DNA from: Lingula anatina
Lineage: Eukaryota > Animalia > Brachiopoda
Length of the DNA: 64,000 nt
NCBI GenBank assembly: GCA_051362555.1
Contig: CM120644.1
Location: 22,838,534-22,902,533 of the forward strand
Direction of reading: 5' to 3'
How positions within the stretch are numbered: position 1 is the stretch's first letter; each line of letters opens with the position of its first letter. The notes beneath the pieces were generated by a model, which saw only the letters and a list, made by a program, of their open reading frames with translations, was not told where the DNA came from and did no database searches. Position numbers and translations under genes: made by a program. Positions 25,469 through 37,594 of the stretch are shown piece by piece.

Positions 25469-25890
25469 AAGAAAATTCTAACGTTATGAATTATTTTTTC
25501 TCAGTATGTTTTCTTCAATCTCTTCACCTTTAACTTTTCTATACAAAGTTAAACAATTATCGAACACCTATACTGGCAGCTTAAATACCTTTCATCAAGG
25601 AAAAAAATGTGGATTCTATTCCTGCAACTTGAACCATTATATACAAAACTCACTATATCTTATAAGAAATAAACACTGATAAAATATAAATACTGTTTTA
25701 GTAAGTCCTAAAACAAACAAAAAAGTATTATATAAAACAAGATATTCAAAAGCATGATATTACAAAAGTTATACAAGAAATTAAATTGTTCAAAATGTCA
25801 AAGCTTCACATCCCACAAGCAAGCAAGCATCTAGCATGAAATTAGATGAAATAAATGTATCAATTAGCCTGATCTTTTGGATCAAAGTTG
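24860..25890. repeat. Three degenerate AT-rich direct repeats following a purine-rich low-complexity tract
   Basis: The motif series tattcaaaa..caaaagtt..aaattgttcaaaa..atgaa(a/g)taaatg recurs near 24871, 25211 and 25741. A (GA/AAAG)-rich tract lies at 24567-24750. Confidence 0.55.
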
Positions 25891-27294
25891 TATTCTTTTA
25901 GCTGACTGCTTTTAAGTAATCAGATTGTTACATATGTCAATTAAAGGAATATTTGTAATAAACTTACTCAATAGTTTTCAACTGCTTTTAATTATGTTGT
26001 TTACAGGCTAATTCTTACCAACTATTATTTAGCACCTGGGGCTCTCATAACGGCATGTAGATTGAGATTAAGAGGTTATAACAGAATATAGCCATCAATG
26101 GAGGTCACGTGGTCTAAAGACAAGATCAGATATCAGAATAATAGCTATAACTGCCATATTTGTGGTACAAAAGAATATGTTATATTTGTTGTTCCCAATG
26201 TTTTTGTTGTTAAATATAGATCTCATATAAAGAGTTATTATCCCTTTAACAAAAGCATGCTATATTTATAGTTCTGTTAAATGGCGTGTGCTACCCGGAC
26301 CTCCATACCCTGACGTGATTTGGACGTCTCAAAAACACCTGAAAGAATTGGACACGCTGCAAAACAAATTCGTTACAAAAATTATGGCTGTTTCTTCCAA
26401 AATTCGTACATCAAATCTTTTAATTTTTTTTATTTTTTTTAGAAATTCTAAAGACTATAGTGCTACTGTTATAAAATTAGCTAAGTCTCTGTTCTGTAGG
26501 GTCAAGAGCATTGCTTCACCGTGCCGTGAGACTTTATCATAGCAGGTTTCTCATGTTATACCCAATCACTCACTGGTGAGAGAGACCCAGCTACATGTAG
26601 AAAGGCAAACCTTCTATGTTAAAAAACAATGTTATGTCTGAGCAACATGGAATTTGCTCACAAAATGATACGGAATCCATCAAGACTAGAAGACACGTTG
26701 CCTTCATGACAGACGATGTAAGGAATGCATGATTGTGGGACTACATTAAAATATTTTAACTGTCTTTTAGATACGCTGTGTCATCGTTATGTATTTCATT
26801 TTATTCCATCCCATTCTGACTTATTTATTTAATTCGTTATTCGTTTTCCTTTTGGTTTTCATTCATCTTTTTAAGGTGACTTTATACATAAATAAATAAA
26901 TAAATAAATAAATACATAAATAAATGTCATAGAGTAATTTAGTAATTTAGTAATGTATTTCAAATCTTGTATTTTGCCACAGAGTGTGATTTAGGGTAAA
27001 AAATGAGTGATTTTTTAATTTGTTAAATAGTTGAAATAAAAGGGGGTGTGGAAGGATGATGGAAGCGTAGTAAGTTTGATGTAATCTGCATGCATGTAAA
27101 TAGGTCCTTCTTGATAAGTGAGCTGATTACGAATTTGGAATTTGATACAAATGGCGATGGATCAATGGGTAAACGATGGGTTTGAGAACCAAGAGTAGAA
27201 TACACCATGCATATGCATGAGCAGAAACAAGTCTCATTGCATGCTCGCTTCATAGCACTTTGTTTATGTGAGATTTTGATAAACGCATCAGATC

Positions 27295-27360
<66 letters not shown>

Positions 27361-27499
27361 CGTACGAGAGAATTGTTTTTTAAATCACTGCTGTTTGTTT
27401 TAAATTAACAAGATGTGAATGCCCACCATAATTTAACTCTCTTTGCTTCACCAGGAATGAAAACATAAAAAAATAATATTAATAAAATAACTAAAACTT

Positions 27500-27615
27500 C
27501 CGGCCACAGGGCATTTTCAATCGCAGCACCCGTTTTATGGAATGAACTACCCTCACACATTCGGGCTTTACTGTAGATAGTGTTGAAGACTTGGAAACAC
27601 TCTTATTTGCACAGT
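27500..27615 (+). mobile_element. L2-clade LINE 3' end remnant
   Basis: GHRAFSIAAPVLWNELPSHIR is the typical L2 ORF2 terminal motif. Confidence 0.65.
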
Positions 27616-27820
27616 ACTTACATTGGAATTTAAAACTTGAAATTATATATTTTCTCATTATATCAGAGAAACTTTACTGTTTAGACGATTACTATTATAA
27701 CCAGCATTAATCATTTCAATTGTTTTCTTCACCTCAACTGTTTTTATTTATAAAATTACTTGTTATTCTGATAATTTTGCTTGTAAACAGCACTGAGACG
27801 TTAGTGTAGTGCGGTTTAGA

Positions 27821-27902
<82 letters not shown>

Positions 27903-28090
27903 GCATATGTGCCAGTCATTAGATAAGTTTGGGGAAAAAAGCACTGACAGTGTGCCAAATATAAATATGACATTGATTATGATGATGTTGGAGAATGAGA
28001 ATGAGACGTGTACAGGAGATAAAACACGTAAGATAAGGTGGACCTTAATAAAGGCAAATTCAATGAAAAAGCACATGCGCGTAATATATA

Positions 28091-28201
28091 TTCAGGTGAA
28101 GGTGAACAGGTAATTATTTCAGTCTTGATGATGACTTGTTAGTCCCTCTCGCCCCCTCCCCCATCAAGACTGAGATAATTACCTGTTCACCTTCACCTGA
28201 A
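28091..28201. repeat. 40-bp inverted repeat containing a truncated second hammerhead half
   Basis: Arms 28091-28130 and 28162-28201 with 1 mismatch. The left arm and loop contain TTGATGA t gact-tgtt-agtc with no GAAA. Confidence 0.75.
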
Positions 28202-28212
28202 CAGGTAATTCA

Positions 28213-28255
28213 GTTGTGACCAAGTCTGTCAGAGTGAACAGACGAAACAGTCAAC
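28213..28255 (+). ncRNA. Type I hammerhead-ribozyme motif, G3-C8 variant
   Basis: gtt GTGACCA a gtctgt-cagagtga-acagac GAAA ca GTC aac: 6-bp stem II, intact GAAA, GUC site, minimal stem III. Confidence 0.55.
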
Positions 28256-29128
28256 AGGTAAATCAAATTTCAGGATCTAACATAAATGAAACCTTTCTGA
28301 CTAGCCTTATTATAGTTATGAGTAAAACAGCCTATGCGACTGGCAGCATACTATAATGTGTTAAGTGGCCAAAGAAATGTAATGATCATGATAAAACGCT
28401 TAATAAAAGAAACGATGAATATTCATGATGTACATTGTATTTATGGCTCATTCTGCTCAAAAACATCAGGTTGCTTTTAAAACGAACTTCTAAATAATAT
28501 CAGAAACGAATTTTAATGAAAGTTAAACGTTCATTTTTCATACATACAGTGTTTTATTTGACACATAACATATATAATAATTCGAATTCGATAGAACGTA
28601 GGAAAAAAAGTATTTAATTATTTAGGCATTGGAGGTTTTATGTTAATCTTATACTGGCAAGTAGAAACCTTTCGGCTCCATCGCTTCATTAAATATACGA
28701 CATCTTTGCTTTTTTCATCATATTTTACCTCAACGCCTTTACAGTAATTAAGATATTCCGAGAAAAAGATATGGCAGCTAGCATATGGCCGTTGGAAAAA
28801 TACATTTTGCTAATTAAGTGACGGAAGGAAGGGGTAAATCTACATGAGCCATGGCAAATAAGAAACTCTCAACACGCATCTTTGTTGCTTATACAAAACG
28901 TGCATTGCATCCCTTCAACAAATATAGAATTGACCAGGAAAGGAAAAGGAATGATTAAAAATCAAATGTGTTCAGACAGAATCGAACAGTCTTTCATACA
29001 TATAATGGTATTAGCGTCAGTGTGCAATCAGATACGGCCTTTACTATTGAATTACCGGCTGTCCATGTAGTCGCTTGTTTGTCGTCTGGTACGGACTCTG
29101 ATCAATTTTGAATCATTTGATTCTGACT

Positions 29129-29176
<48 letters not shown>

Positions 29177-29601
29177 CATTATTATTTATTTATTTATTTA
29201 TTTATTTTTAAAGTTTTAAATCAAATTATATTCAGGAGACTCCACAGTATAAATATATATGTACCACATAAAAAGGCCAATATAAAAGAGGGACGATCAA
29301 CTATATCATGCATATCATGCAGATATTAAAATGGTTCATCAAGTCATGTTAAAAAAGTCCTAGACATAATTTTGACATGATTGATTTACAGTTATTGATT
29401 GTGAAGAGAAGTTGATATGCGAAAAGGTACACTAACTACATGTGAAGCAATAATGGACATCTGTAAAGTCTACAATCACGTGAACCTTCAACATGGATAC
29501 ATGACTAGATGAGATCACTTATTCCAACATGAACTGCCCTAAGTGACAGGGGACTATAAAGCTAGCTTGCTAACATAGACTCTTTTCATGTGGTAGCCTT
29601 A

Positions 29602-29815
29602 GGGCGCATTTCCATAGATTTTAGATCGATCTATCCCCGTGGGGAGTCTCACTAGATTACTGTCAGATAATCCGGCTTAAATGTCCGTCCCGCGTACTAC
29701 AAGCTGTAAGGGGGTAATTAACTTGCGTGCCTACTCGGCTGACAGCTATTAAGTGTGAACCCCCAGGGAGTTAGGTCGATCTTATTGGATCGATCTAATC
29801 TCTGGGAATGGAGTC
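29602..29815. mobile_element. Harbinger-like MITE family (TTA TSD); related copies at ~18873-19010, 56807-57058, 63819->64000
   Basis: TTA flanks. It shares gatcgatctat and aagctg..agggggtaatta blocks with the other copies. Confidence 0.55.
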
Positions 29816-31281
29816 TTACAGTGCCCCTGAAAAACAGTGGCAATCTTGAGTATCCTTTAATCAAAGGAACTGCTCCGCCGTAAATCTGCGGTTGAATGTC
29901 AAAATTGAAGGTCAAAATGAAACGTAAAGCTTATTTAATTTTGCTTTATTTAATTTTATTTATTGTATTTAAAATGTGAATTGAAAAATATATAATACAT
30001 AATATAATTTTGCTAATCAAAACATTTGCTCCTGGAGATATTAATACAATACACGTGCTTGCCGTGTGCCAAGTTTGACAGCTACTCTGCATGTTCGTTA
30101 CCACCATAAGGACTGTGCGGCTACACGAAAAATCAGTTTTTAAAGCAGAAAGATATGCTTTAGTTTTGGCACTGATTTTCGATCGCAAGGTATTCTTAGT
30201 TCAAACTTCAAACTTAGGGTCAGCCAATTTGCTTCTTTGTCTCGTCTGCACGAGATGACGTCGGCTCAAGGCGGGGAAGGTAGCTCCAGGCGGGACGTAG
30301 CCATAAGGTACGAGACATGTGACTTCCATATAAGGAAGCGCTCTAGGCAAAATTTTACCAAATGCGCCCCCAGTATGCCTCTGGTGGCTAGAGTCAACAT
30401 TTTGTAAGTTATATATGTAATAAAGATCGAGCTGGCAATACTGAGTTGAGACAGAATTGTTGTACGTTATATATGTAATCAAGATTGAGATGGCAATACT
30501 GAATTCTTAAAGTTAGGGTAACATGAGCAGTGAATATGCAAACAATTTTACTCTCCCAGAATCCACAAAATAAGCATTCAACCTAGCCAAAATTAGTTCA
30601 CTCTTTCATGCCTATGCGACAAATATTTAGATTCTTTATAAATCAAATCAATTGTATTTACATTTTTACCGTAACTACCATTACTTTATGTAAAAAATGT
30701 GCTATAACAGTTTTCATCAAGCCCAGAGGAAAAACAGAGATGAAACCCACATAGTTCCTGGGACCAAAAAAAAAAAAAAATCTGATAACTGGGCATGATC
30801 TAATTAAATAATTATATATAATGTAATATTTTTGGGAAAAATGATCCTGCCCTTCCGTAAACAGGATAGAAAGTGACAACTACCCGTATCCTCTCTTGTA
30901 TACAACCCACGCCAATCTTCATTGGACGTGTATTGAACTACTACTCATAACTGACCTCATTACGTCATCCATCCAAACATCTCTGCATACCTTCTTTTTC
31001 ATCACAAACCGTGAATACAATAATTTTCCGCTATACTAACGAAACGCGGAAAATATTAAAAATCTTCACATTGACTCTTTTCCAGAATTCTACAAATGAA
31101 AGAAATAAAGTAAGGCATGGGACAAACGTAAACAATTTTTAAAACTCTGATGACGTCAACATTAATATTCATCAAAACGTTCATTGGTAGTTTCTGTTCC
31201 GTCGTAATGAAAATTTAATAAACGCGAGGACTTTAAAAAGCTGTACAGTGACGACTGCTGACACAGCTGCTTGCCGACAGC

Positions 31282-33219
31282 ATGGATCGACAACTTATTT
31301 CCCTGACCGTGGCCATACTGCTGATTTGTCTGTGCGTTGGGCCTAGTACGGCTGTATACGACGAGGAATTTAATGAAATTGAAGCCAATTTAGCACCACT
31401 TATAGGCAGCGAATCTTTGGCACCTGAAAATTTTTATGAACGTAAGTAGATATGACAGTTTTAATACCAGAGAAACGCAACGCACCTTTTAGTAGCTCGT
31501 TGATTTTAGTGTTCTGCGTATTTGACAATGGCGAAGAAAGACACATATTTTATGAAGTAAATGAACTCTAAAGCTTCCATTTGCCAATTTACTTTTGAGC
31601 ATGCATGTGATTTTATCAAAGGATTAATGATTGGGTTTGTTTCCTACGTTCTATCCTACTCCGGGATTTTTAAAGGCAAAAAAAATCAAACGTGACAAAA
31701 AATTAAAAACATTTTTCTTTAAGTTTTGAAATTGCTGGATCAAGCTATTCTTCTGTCTCTCTTAACGACAGTGTGACGGTTTAGGAGTAATTAAAATAGG
31801 ATATATATAATATATATATTTTATCTGCCTCGTCTCGGCGTTTTACTTTTAACAAAGTTTGTTTAACGAATCCCACAACACCAGGGGTTTCTCATTTTAT
31901 CCAGACATAGAACTAGTGCGATTTCGTATACTACATGGACGCAGCACGGAAAATGTAACCTAAGCTTAGTTTGAAACTTCTGTTTTTATTTTATTTTGCT
32001 GCGTATCAGTTTAAAAAACCTATTTATTTCCACTCTTCTCTCAAGCCTGTATAGTCAACAGAGGTTGAAACTCAAGGTAAAAAATTAACCATATTAAGCT
32101 GAAATATTCATTCATTGATAACTTCAGCATAATGTACTGAAATTTGGAATCCTCTGTTCATTTAGTTCCGAATGCCACTTGTTGGGCACGAGGCGATGTT
32201 CGCTACAAGACGTTTGACGACCTGCACTTCAGTTATAACACTCCTGTTCAAACTATCAGTCTACCAGTCGTTACGAAATTCGGCATCATGGTCATGCCTT
32301 GGAAGGGTAATTATTGGTGGGTGGTCACGGAGCAGGAGCTCTTTAATGGGGGACCAAAAACACGCATCAAACGAGTATACGTGAGGTGTTCAGGTGAATT
32401 TTTCGAGGCTGATTTAGGCTCAACTGTGACGTTGAGGGTGAGTTTTATTTTTCCTTTTAGTTTTATAGTCGACATGATTGGATTGGCACAAAGGAAAGTT
32501 TGACTATGCTGATCATTTGCATAGGTAGTGCCCAAATTTTCAAAGTGATGCTTGGCAACGGTTGCTGTAGAAGTGATTTTCTTTAGTTACAAGCTAATAA
32601 GACCTTTTTTGTCCAGTTTAAATGGTTTAGAAATGCTAGTAATAATGCTCATTCCCTCCCCCTCTCCCTCTTTCACTCGTATGAATTCCATGTCAGTGCA
32701 GTGCAATCCATTCCAGTCGTTAACGGTTTGCTGTTCATCACACATATTGCAACATCGAAATTGTTTGCATTTTCCTTCAGAACCGAGTCAGAGATAACCC
32801 CAGCCCCATTCCGCTTCTGTCTTCCTAGTGCAACACTATCTTGTAGAAACGTCACATTATTTTATACTGTTTCTGTGATTAAAAAAACAACAACATATTT
32901 TGGATTTTCCTTCCAGAACCGAGTCACAGGCGTAATTACTGAAACGCCTTTCGTATATGCCGGTGGACTTGTTACAGGGGATAGTCTTGAACCCAGAGGG
33001 TACATTATACGTTGCCATGAAGTTCCAATGACTGTCATTGTTTATCTACACACTGATGAGATAGAAATGACTGGCAAACATTGCGCCTCTGCCCTGGGGG
33101 TACGTGGAATCTGCGGAGACTACAATGGGGACGCGGCCAACGACTATGACGACTTGAACCCACCTGATCCACCTGGTCTGCCAGCGTGGGAACCTTTCTT
33201 GGTACCTGAACGACCGTAA
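31282..33219 (+). CDS. Secreted single von Willebrand factor type D (VWD) domain protein, ~245-249 aa
   Basis: Exons 31282-31441 (signal peptide MDRQLISLTVAILLICLCVGPSTA plus acidic segment), optional 15-nt microexon 32062-32076, 32166-32437 and 32917-33219. VWD hallmarks ATCWARGDVRYKTFDD (cf. C..wGDPHY.TFDG) and VRGICGDYNGDAAND (cf. GLCGNYNG...ND). Confidence 0.85.
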
Positions 33220-35429
33220 AAGAAACAAGGACAATAACACACACAACGGAAACATATTGACGGTGGGGAAATATTAAATATGGACAAACAAAACAGGACT
33301 GTATACACAGGACTGAATTCCATATGAATACGGACTATGAGAACTGAAAATTGGGAGCGTCAACTGCAGTTTTAGTTATCTTACTCTCTTAAGATGTGGG
33401 TCTGAGTGACTAAGATGTTTCTTTTCATAGCTTCGAATAAGAATGGCTGTCCACTTTGTCGATTGGCTTGGTGTTTTCTTTTTTTTTTTTTTTTTTTTTC
33501 ACGATATTAAATTTTTCTTACTATAGTCAAGGTGCTTTATGGAAGTTTTGTTAATTAAATATATATTTGGCGCTGTGCTGTCTTTAAAATGTAATATGTA
33601 GCTTTGACAGTGTTTCTAATTCCATGTTATTGTACTACTAACTGGGTGGCACAGGGACACGGAACTTGGGGAACACACGATATAATTCCACTTTATCTAA
33701 TTAATTGTAATTTAATTGTAATTTGTGGATTGGAAAATGATATTGTTTCAGTTGAATATATATCTTTTGGTGTTCTTTTTGAATAATTATTTTAATAATT
33801 ATATTTATTGGAGGGGGTGTAACCATAAGACACAATTTGAAAATGTTGAATGCTTGGTAAATTTGCTTTTAAGTGATATTTTCTGTTTTCAATACAGTAC
33901 TTTAAAGGAGGTAAATTGTAGAAAATAGTGTATATTTACAGGGACCGTCTTTTAGTTCCATCTTTTAGCTTTGCTTTTTTCCGAATAATGAGTGTAAAAG
34001 TAGTTTTTGTTGACATTGGTATCTCTAAAGGGAATAAAATTAGGGCAAAAAGATCAAGCTGAGTTTTAACTTAGAAATGTAAAAAAATAAAATAAAATAG
34101 ATAAATAAGAACATAATATAAATGTGAAGAAAAACATGGGCGCAACACTTGGGATGCAATGCTAGAGTGTATTTACACAGTTCACACATCAGTCAAATGG
34201 TTAAGAAGGGTAAAAATAATGCCGCTATTGGTATAATCACTGGGATAATCAAGGGAAAGGGGCAGTGCAGTAGGAGGGTCCTGAGGGTTAAAATGATGCC
34301 ACTCGTGGTACAACATATCCACTGGAGGATCCAGGGAGAAGGGACTTAACAGTGGGAGGGTACAGACGGTTAAAATAATGTCGCTTCTATACAACATTGG
34401 TCAAAAAGGTTGTCCCACCCCCATTTCCATGCACTTTTATTTACAAATGATCACCTCACAGCTGTGAATTGTTAGAAATAGTGCTTTTTATACCAGATAC
34501 AGTGTCAAACACGATTAAGGGTTCGAAAAAATGTAAAATAGTGGTGAAAATATACAAATTTTATGCAATTAAGTAAACTTTATAGCAAATCCAATGTTTC
34601 ACAGTGATTTCAACAAAAAAAGAAATGTCTATTAAATTAAAACGAGGCCATCAAATGTCACCAAATTTACAAACAATTAGCATTAGGATGTGTTCGTTAA
34701 AGGTCACGTGCCTAATAGTGAATGCGGCTACCACCTACTGCAATTATCTCCTGTAGATGGCGCGACAAGCCTTCAGCACAGGTAACAGTTCTGTTATAGC
34801 CTATATTAACGACCATGCGTTCTTAACTTCTTCAGAGGGCCCGAATAAAATGAAAATCATTTGATAACTCCAATCAATAATAAATACATACAGTGTGTTT
34901 ACCATGAAAAGAACAGAAATAACAGTAACGCTTGTGGAACTACACCAAATCTGTGCATTAACCCTGTTCCAGAAACTGCCGCGAAAGTTTGACAAATTAT
35001 TGTCGTTCTTGAAACTTGTAAATCAATAAAGTGGTAAGATTGGACAATACAACGCATTGATAAATTGACCTTTATATAAAAATAAGACGCAATTTTCGTC
35101 ATATCCATAACTGTAAATCGATGTACTGTACATTTAAATATATCAACATCTAACACTGTAGAGCTGGGATTATGCTGGTTATTATAGCCTAGTTAGGGCT
35201 CTTTAAAACATGCAAAGTGATAAAGTATCTCTGTATAAAAAAATATGTGGATAAAATATAAAGGGATATATAATAAATTTAAAATAATTTCTATACATAT
35301 CTTAAAAATTGTTCGCATAAATTGTCATCCTCACTAAATATAATGTTGTTCATTGTCAACTAAATTCGACATCCATCCGCGAAATCAAACATTTTAAACG
35401 GAATGCAGTTCTAAACATTTTTCTACTGT

Positions 35430-36149
35430 AAGCATGAAAGATAATCCTTGTCGCCAGATATAAGTCATAAAACATAGCCAATCATGACAAAAGCTATGGA
35501 ATTTTTTGAATACGTTCAGTTATTGTCTATTCTTCACTATTATTGACCACCACATGCCGCCTTGTAAGGTCCCTATTTCACACAGACCACAATTCCCACG
35601 AATCGCCAGGAAATGACAAATTTCAGGAATCGTGAGGATTCGTGAGATTTGGCCAATTTTCTGGTCTAATTCGACACGCTCACGATTCAGTTACGATACA
35701 GGTGCGATAGTGTTACGAATATTCGTGAGATTCGGCTGGAATCGCACGAACATTGTCCAGAAATTCACTACGATTTTTTGGAATCGGGATTCGTGGCCAA
35801 GACCTTGAACAGCTCAAAATGTTTGCCACAAATTCCCGATTGATCAAGAATTGCAAGAACTGGCTACGATTATATACGAATCTGTTAATAACTTCACGAA
35901 CTGATTAGGATTCAACCACGAATCCGGAATTTTCAATTCCTGGCGATTCGTGGGATTCGTAGTCTGTGTGAAATAGGGGCATAAGACGCACGGCGACACC
36001 TTTCTCCGGCTGCACTGTGCTCCTGGCCACGTGAACCAGTGGGATCTGCGTCTCTGAACAGCTCTCAACGCTGAACTTCTTCACGAGACACGCCAAGGTC
36101 ATCTTGGCCTCCATCAGGGCGAACCTCATACCAATGCAGTTTCTGGGGC
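35430..36149 (-). pseudogene. Inverted relic of a clan-3 CYP last exon and 3' UTR
   Basis: Minus strand PRNCIGMRFALMEAKMTLACLVKKFSVESCSETQIPLVHVARSTVQPEKGVAVRL is nearly identical to 6600-6770. Homology resumes after the MITE at 35567 and continues into the 3' UTR. It is truncated inside the heme motif. Confidence 0.88.
35568..35981. mobile_element. PIF/Harbinger-like MITE splitting the CYP relic
   Basis: TIR ccctatttcacacagac...gtctgtgtgaaataggg with TAA TSD (35565-35567, 35982-35984). The intact CYP gene shows the empty site. Confidence 0.88.
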
Positions 36150-36666
36150 TTTATATTCTTATGCTGTATTTGTTGGTATGACAGAAATAAACTAATTAAT
36201 AAAATAAAAAACGGTTGCTGTGACAAAGGTCTCATCTGTAGCAACGACAGCATTTGTGAATGCGTTCTTTGATTTTTCAATCACGATAAGGGGATCGGTA
36301 AATATTTGAACGGAATACTAAAACTATATGTAGTCAACAAAGAAAAACATTTAAGATCTATTCACTCTTTTGTTTCTTGGTTTTGATTATGTTTTTCTTG
36401 CCTTTTTTCCTCTTGCGCTGACAACATCTCAACTGTAAATTTGAGTGCACGGTGCGGCTGATGGTATTCGGTGTTGGTTGTATAACTTGTGCAGCTACAG
36501 TTAGTGGAAACCGACATTCCGATGTAATCCGCGCTTTTTCATAGTAGCAGTGTAGTAGCTCTATGCATATTTGAATGTTTGAAATAAGGGCAGCACGGTA
36601 TTCGGTATAAAATTGCAGTAAGCATTTAATGATGTCCTGGGAGACGGCATGTTCGTCTGTCTCACC

Positions 36667-36946
36667 CAGGGGCGGATCCAGGATTATTTGAAGGGAGGGG
36701 GGTCCGCGGATGCAAAGCCTCCCCCTTCCAACCCCCCACCCCACCCCCACCCCCACCGGGTTGGCGTGGGGTTCAGGGCCCGCTGAAGTGTTTTGGAGGG
36801 CGAACGATGTCATTTGGTACTGTTCAGCCCTATAAATCAGCTAGTCGAAATATTACTTCCAAGAGGGGAATATTAGTGTGATTTTTTTTATAAACCGAAG
36901 GGGGGCCAGGACCACCCTGCCCCCCCCCCTTCTAAATCCGCCACTG
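36667..36946. mobile_element. hAT-like MITE
   Basis: Termini caggggcggatcc / aaatccgccactg with an exact 8-bp TSD gtctcacc. Confidence 0.85.
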
Positions 36947-37528
36947 GTCTCACCTATCTAAGGTACCCTTATCCCCCCCCACATTCACACAACCACACAC
37001 ACACATACACACACACGCACGCATTCACGCACGCACACACACAACAGCCAGCAGCCAGGCAGAGAGAGAGATAATGGCTAAACTTGGTTATTTCATTAAG
37101 AAGTAGAATTTTATCATTGCTGTATGTACGCAATACGGTAGACCTACACATCTTGAAATCATTTGACAGAGCATGTCAACAGGAGGGCAGCGATTGCGAA
37201 ATACAATCACCTAATTCTAGGGGCTAAGGCCTTGACTTGTTTATAAACCGATTCCCCTAAACATTCATTTTCACTTTACGGAGGCGTTTTTAATGCAGTT
37301 GACCCAGAAACCCCGTAAAAGTGATCTGCTTTAAAAAGCTTTGCGGTTTGTTTTACAATCCGAGTGCAGTAACAGTGGCAAACAGGACATACAGAAAATT
37401 AACAACACATGTGAGTGTGACACCAGACTTATTTTGGTAGTTTCTTGTGTACAGGCCTATACATGTATCTCTGATTTGTCGGAGTGGACTTTGTCCTGTT
37501 GTGCAAGAGCTTACCGGTAAAACCACTG

Positions 37529-37537
37529 TATATAAAG
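37529..37537 (+). promoter_or_regulatory. TATA box of the LRP1-like/pentraxin gene
   Basis: TATATAAAG 66 nt upstream of the ATG (aaccATG) at 37595. Confidence 0.6.
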
Positions 37538-37594
37538 GGAGCCACCCTAAGAAAAAATAAGAAAACGAACTCGTGCCGGGGCCAGTCGAAAACC

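Noticed and set aside
26976-26984. gccacagag as the missing 5' half of tRNA-Asn
   Set aside because: Only 9 nt match and the flanking bases disagree. A similar chance match occurs at 27503.
27734-28076. Poly-I/N/Y ORFs and an (AAT)n/(ATT)n foldback
   Set aside because: Simple microsatellite translations.
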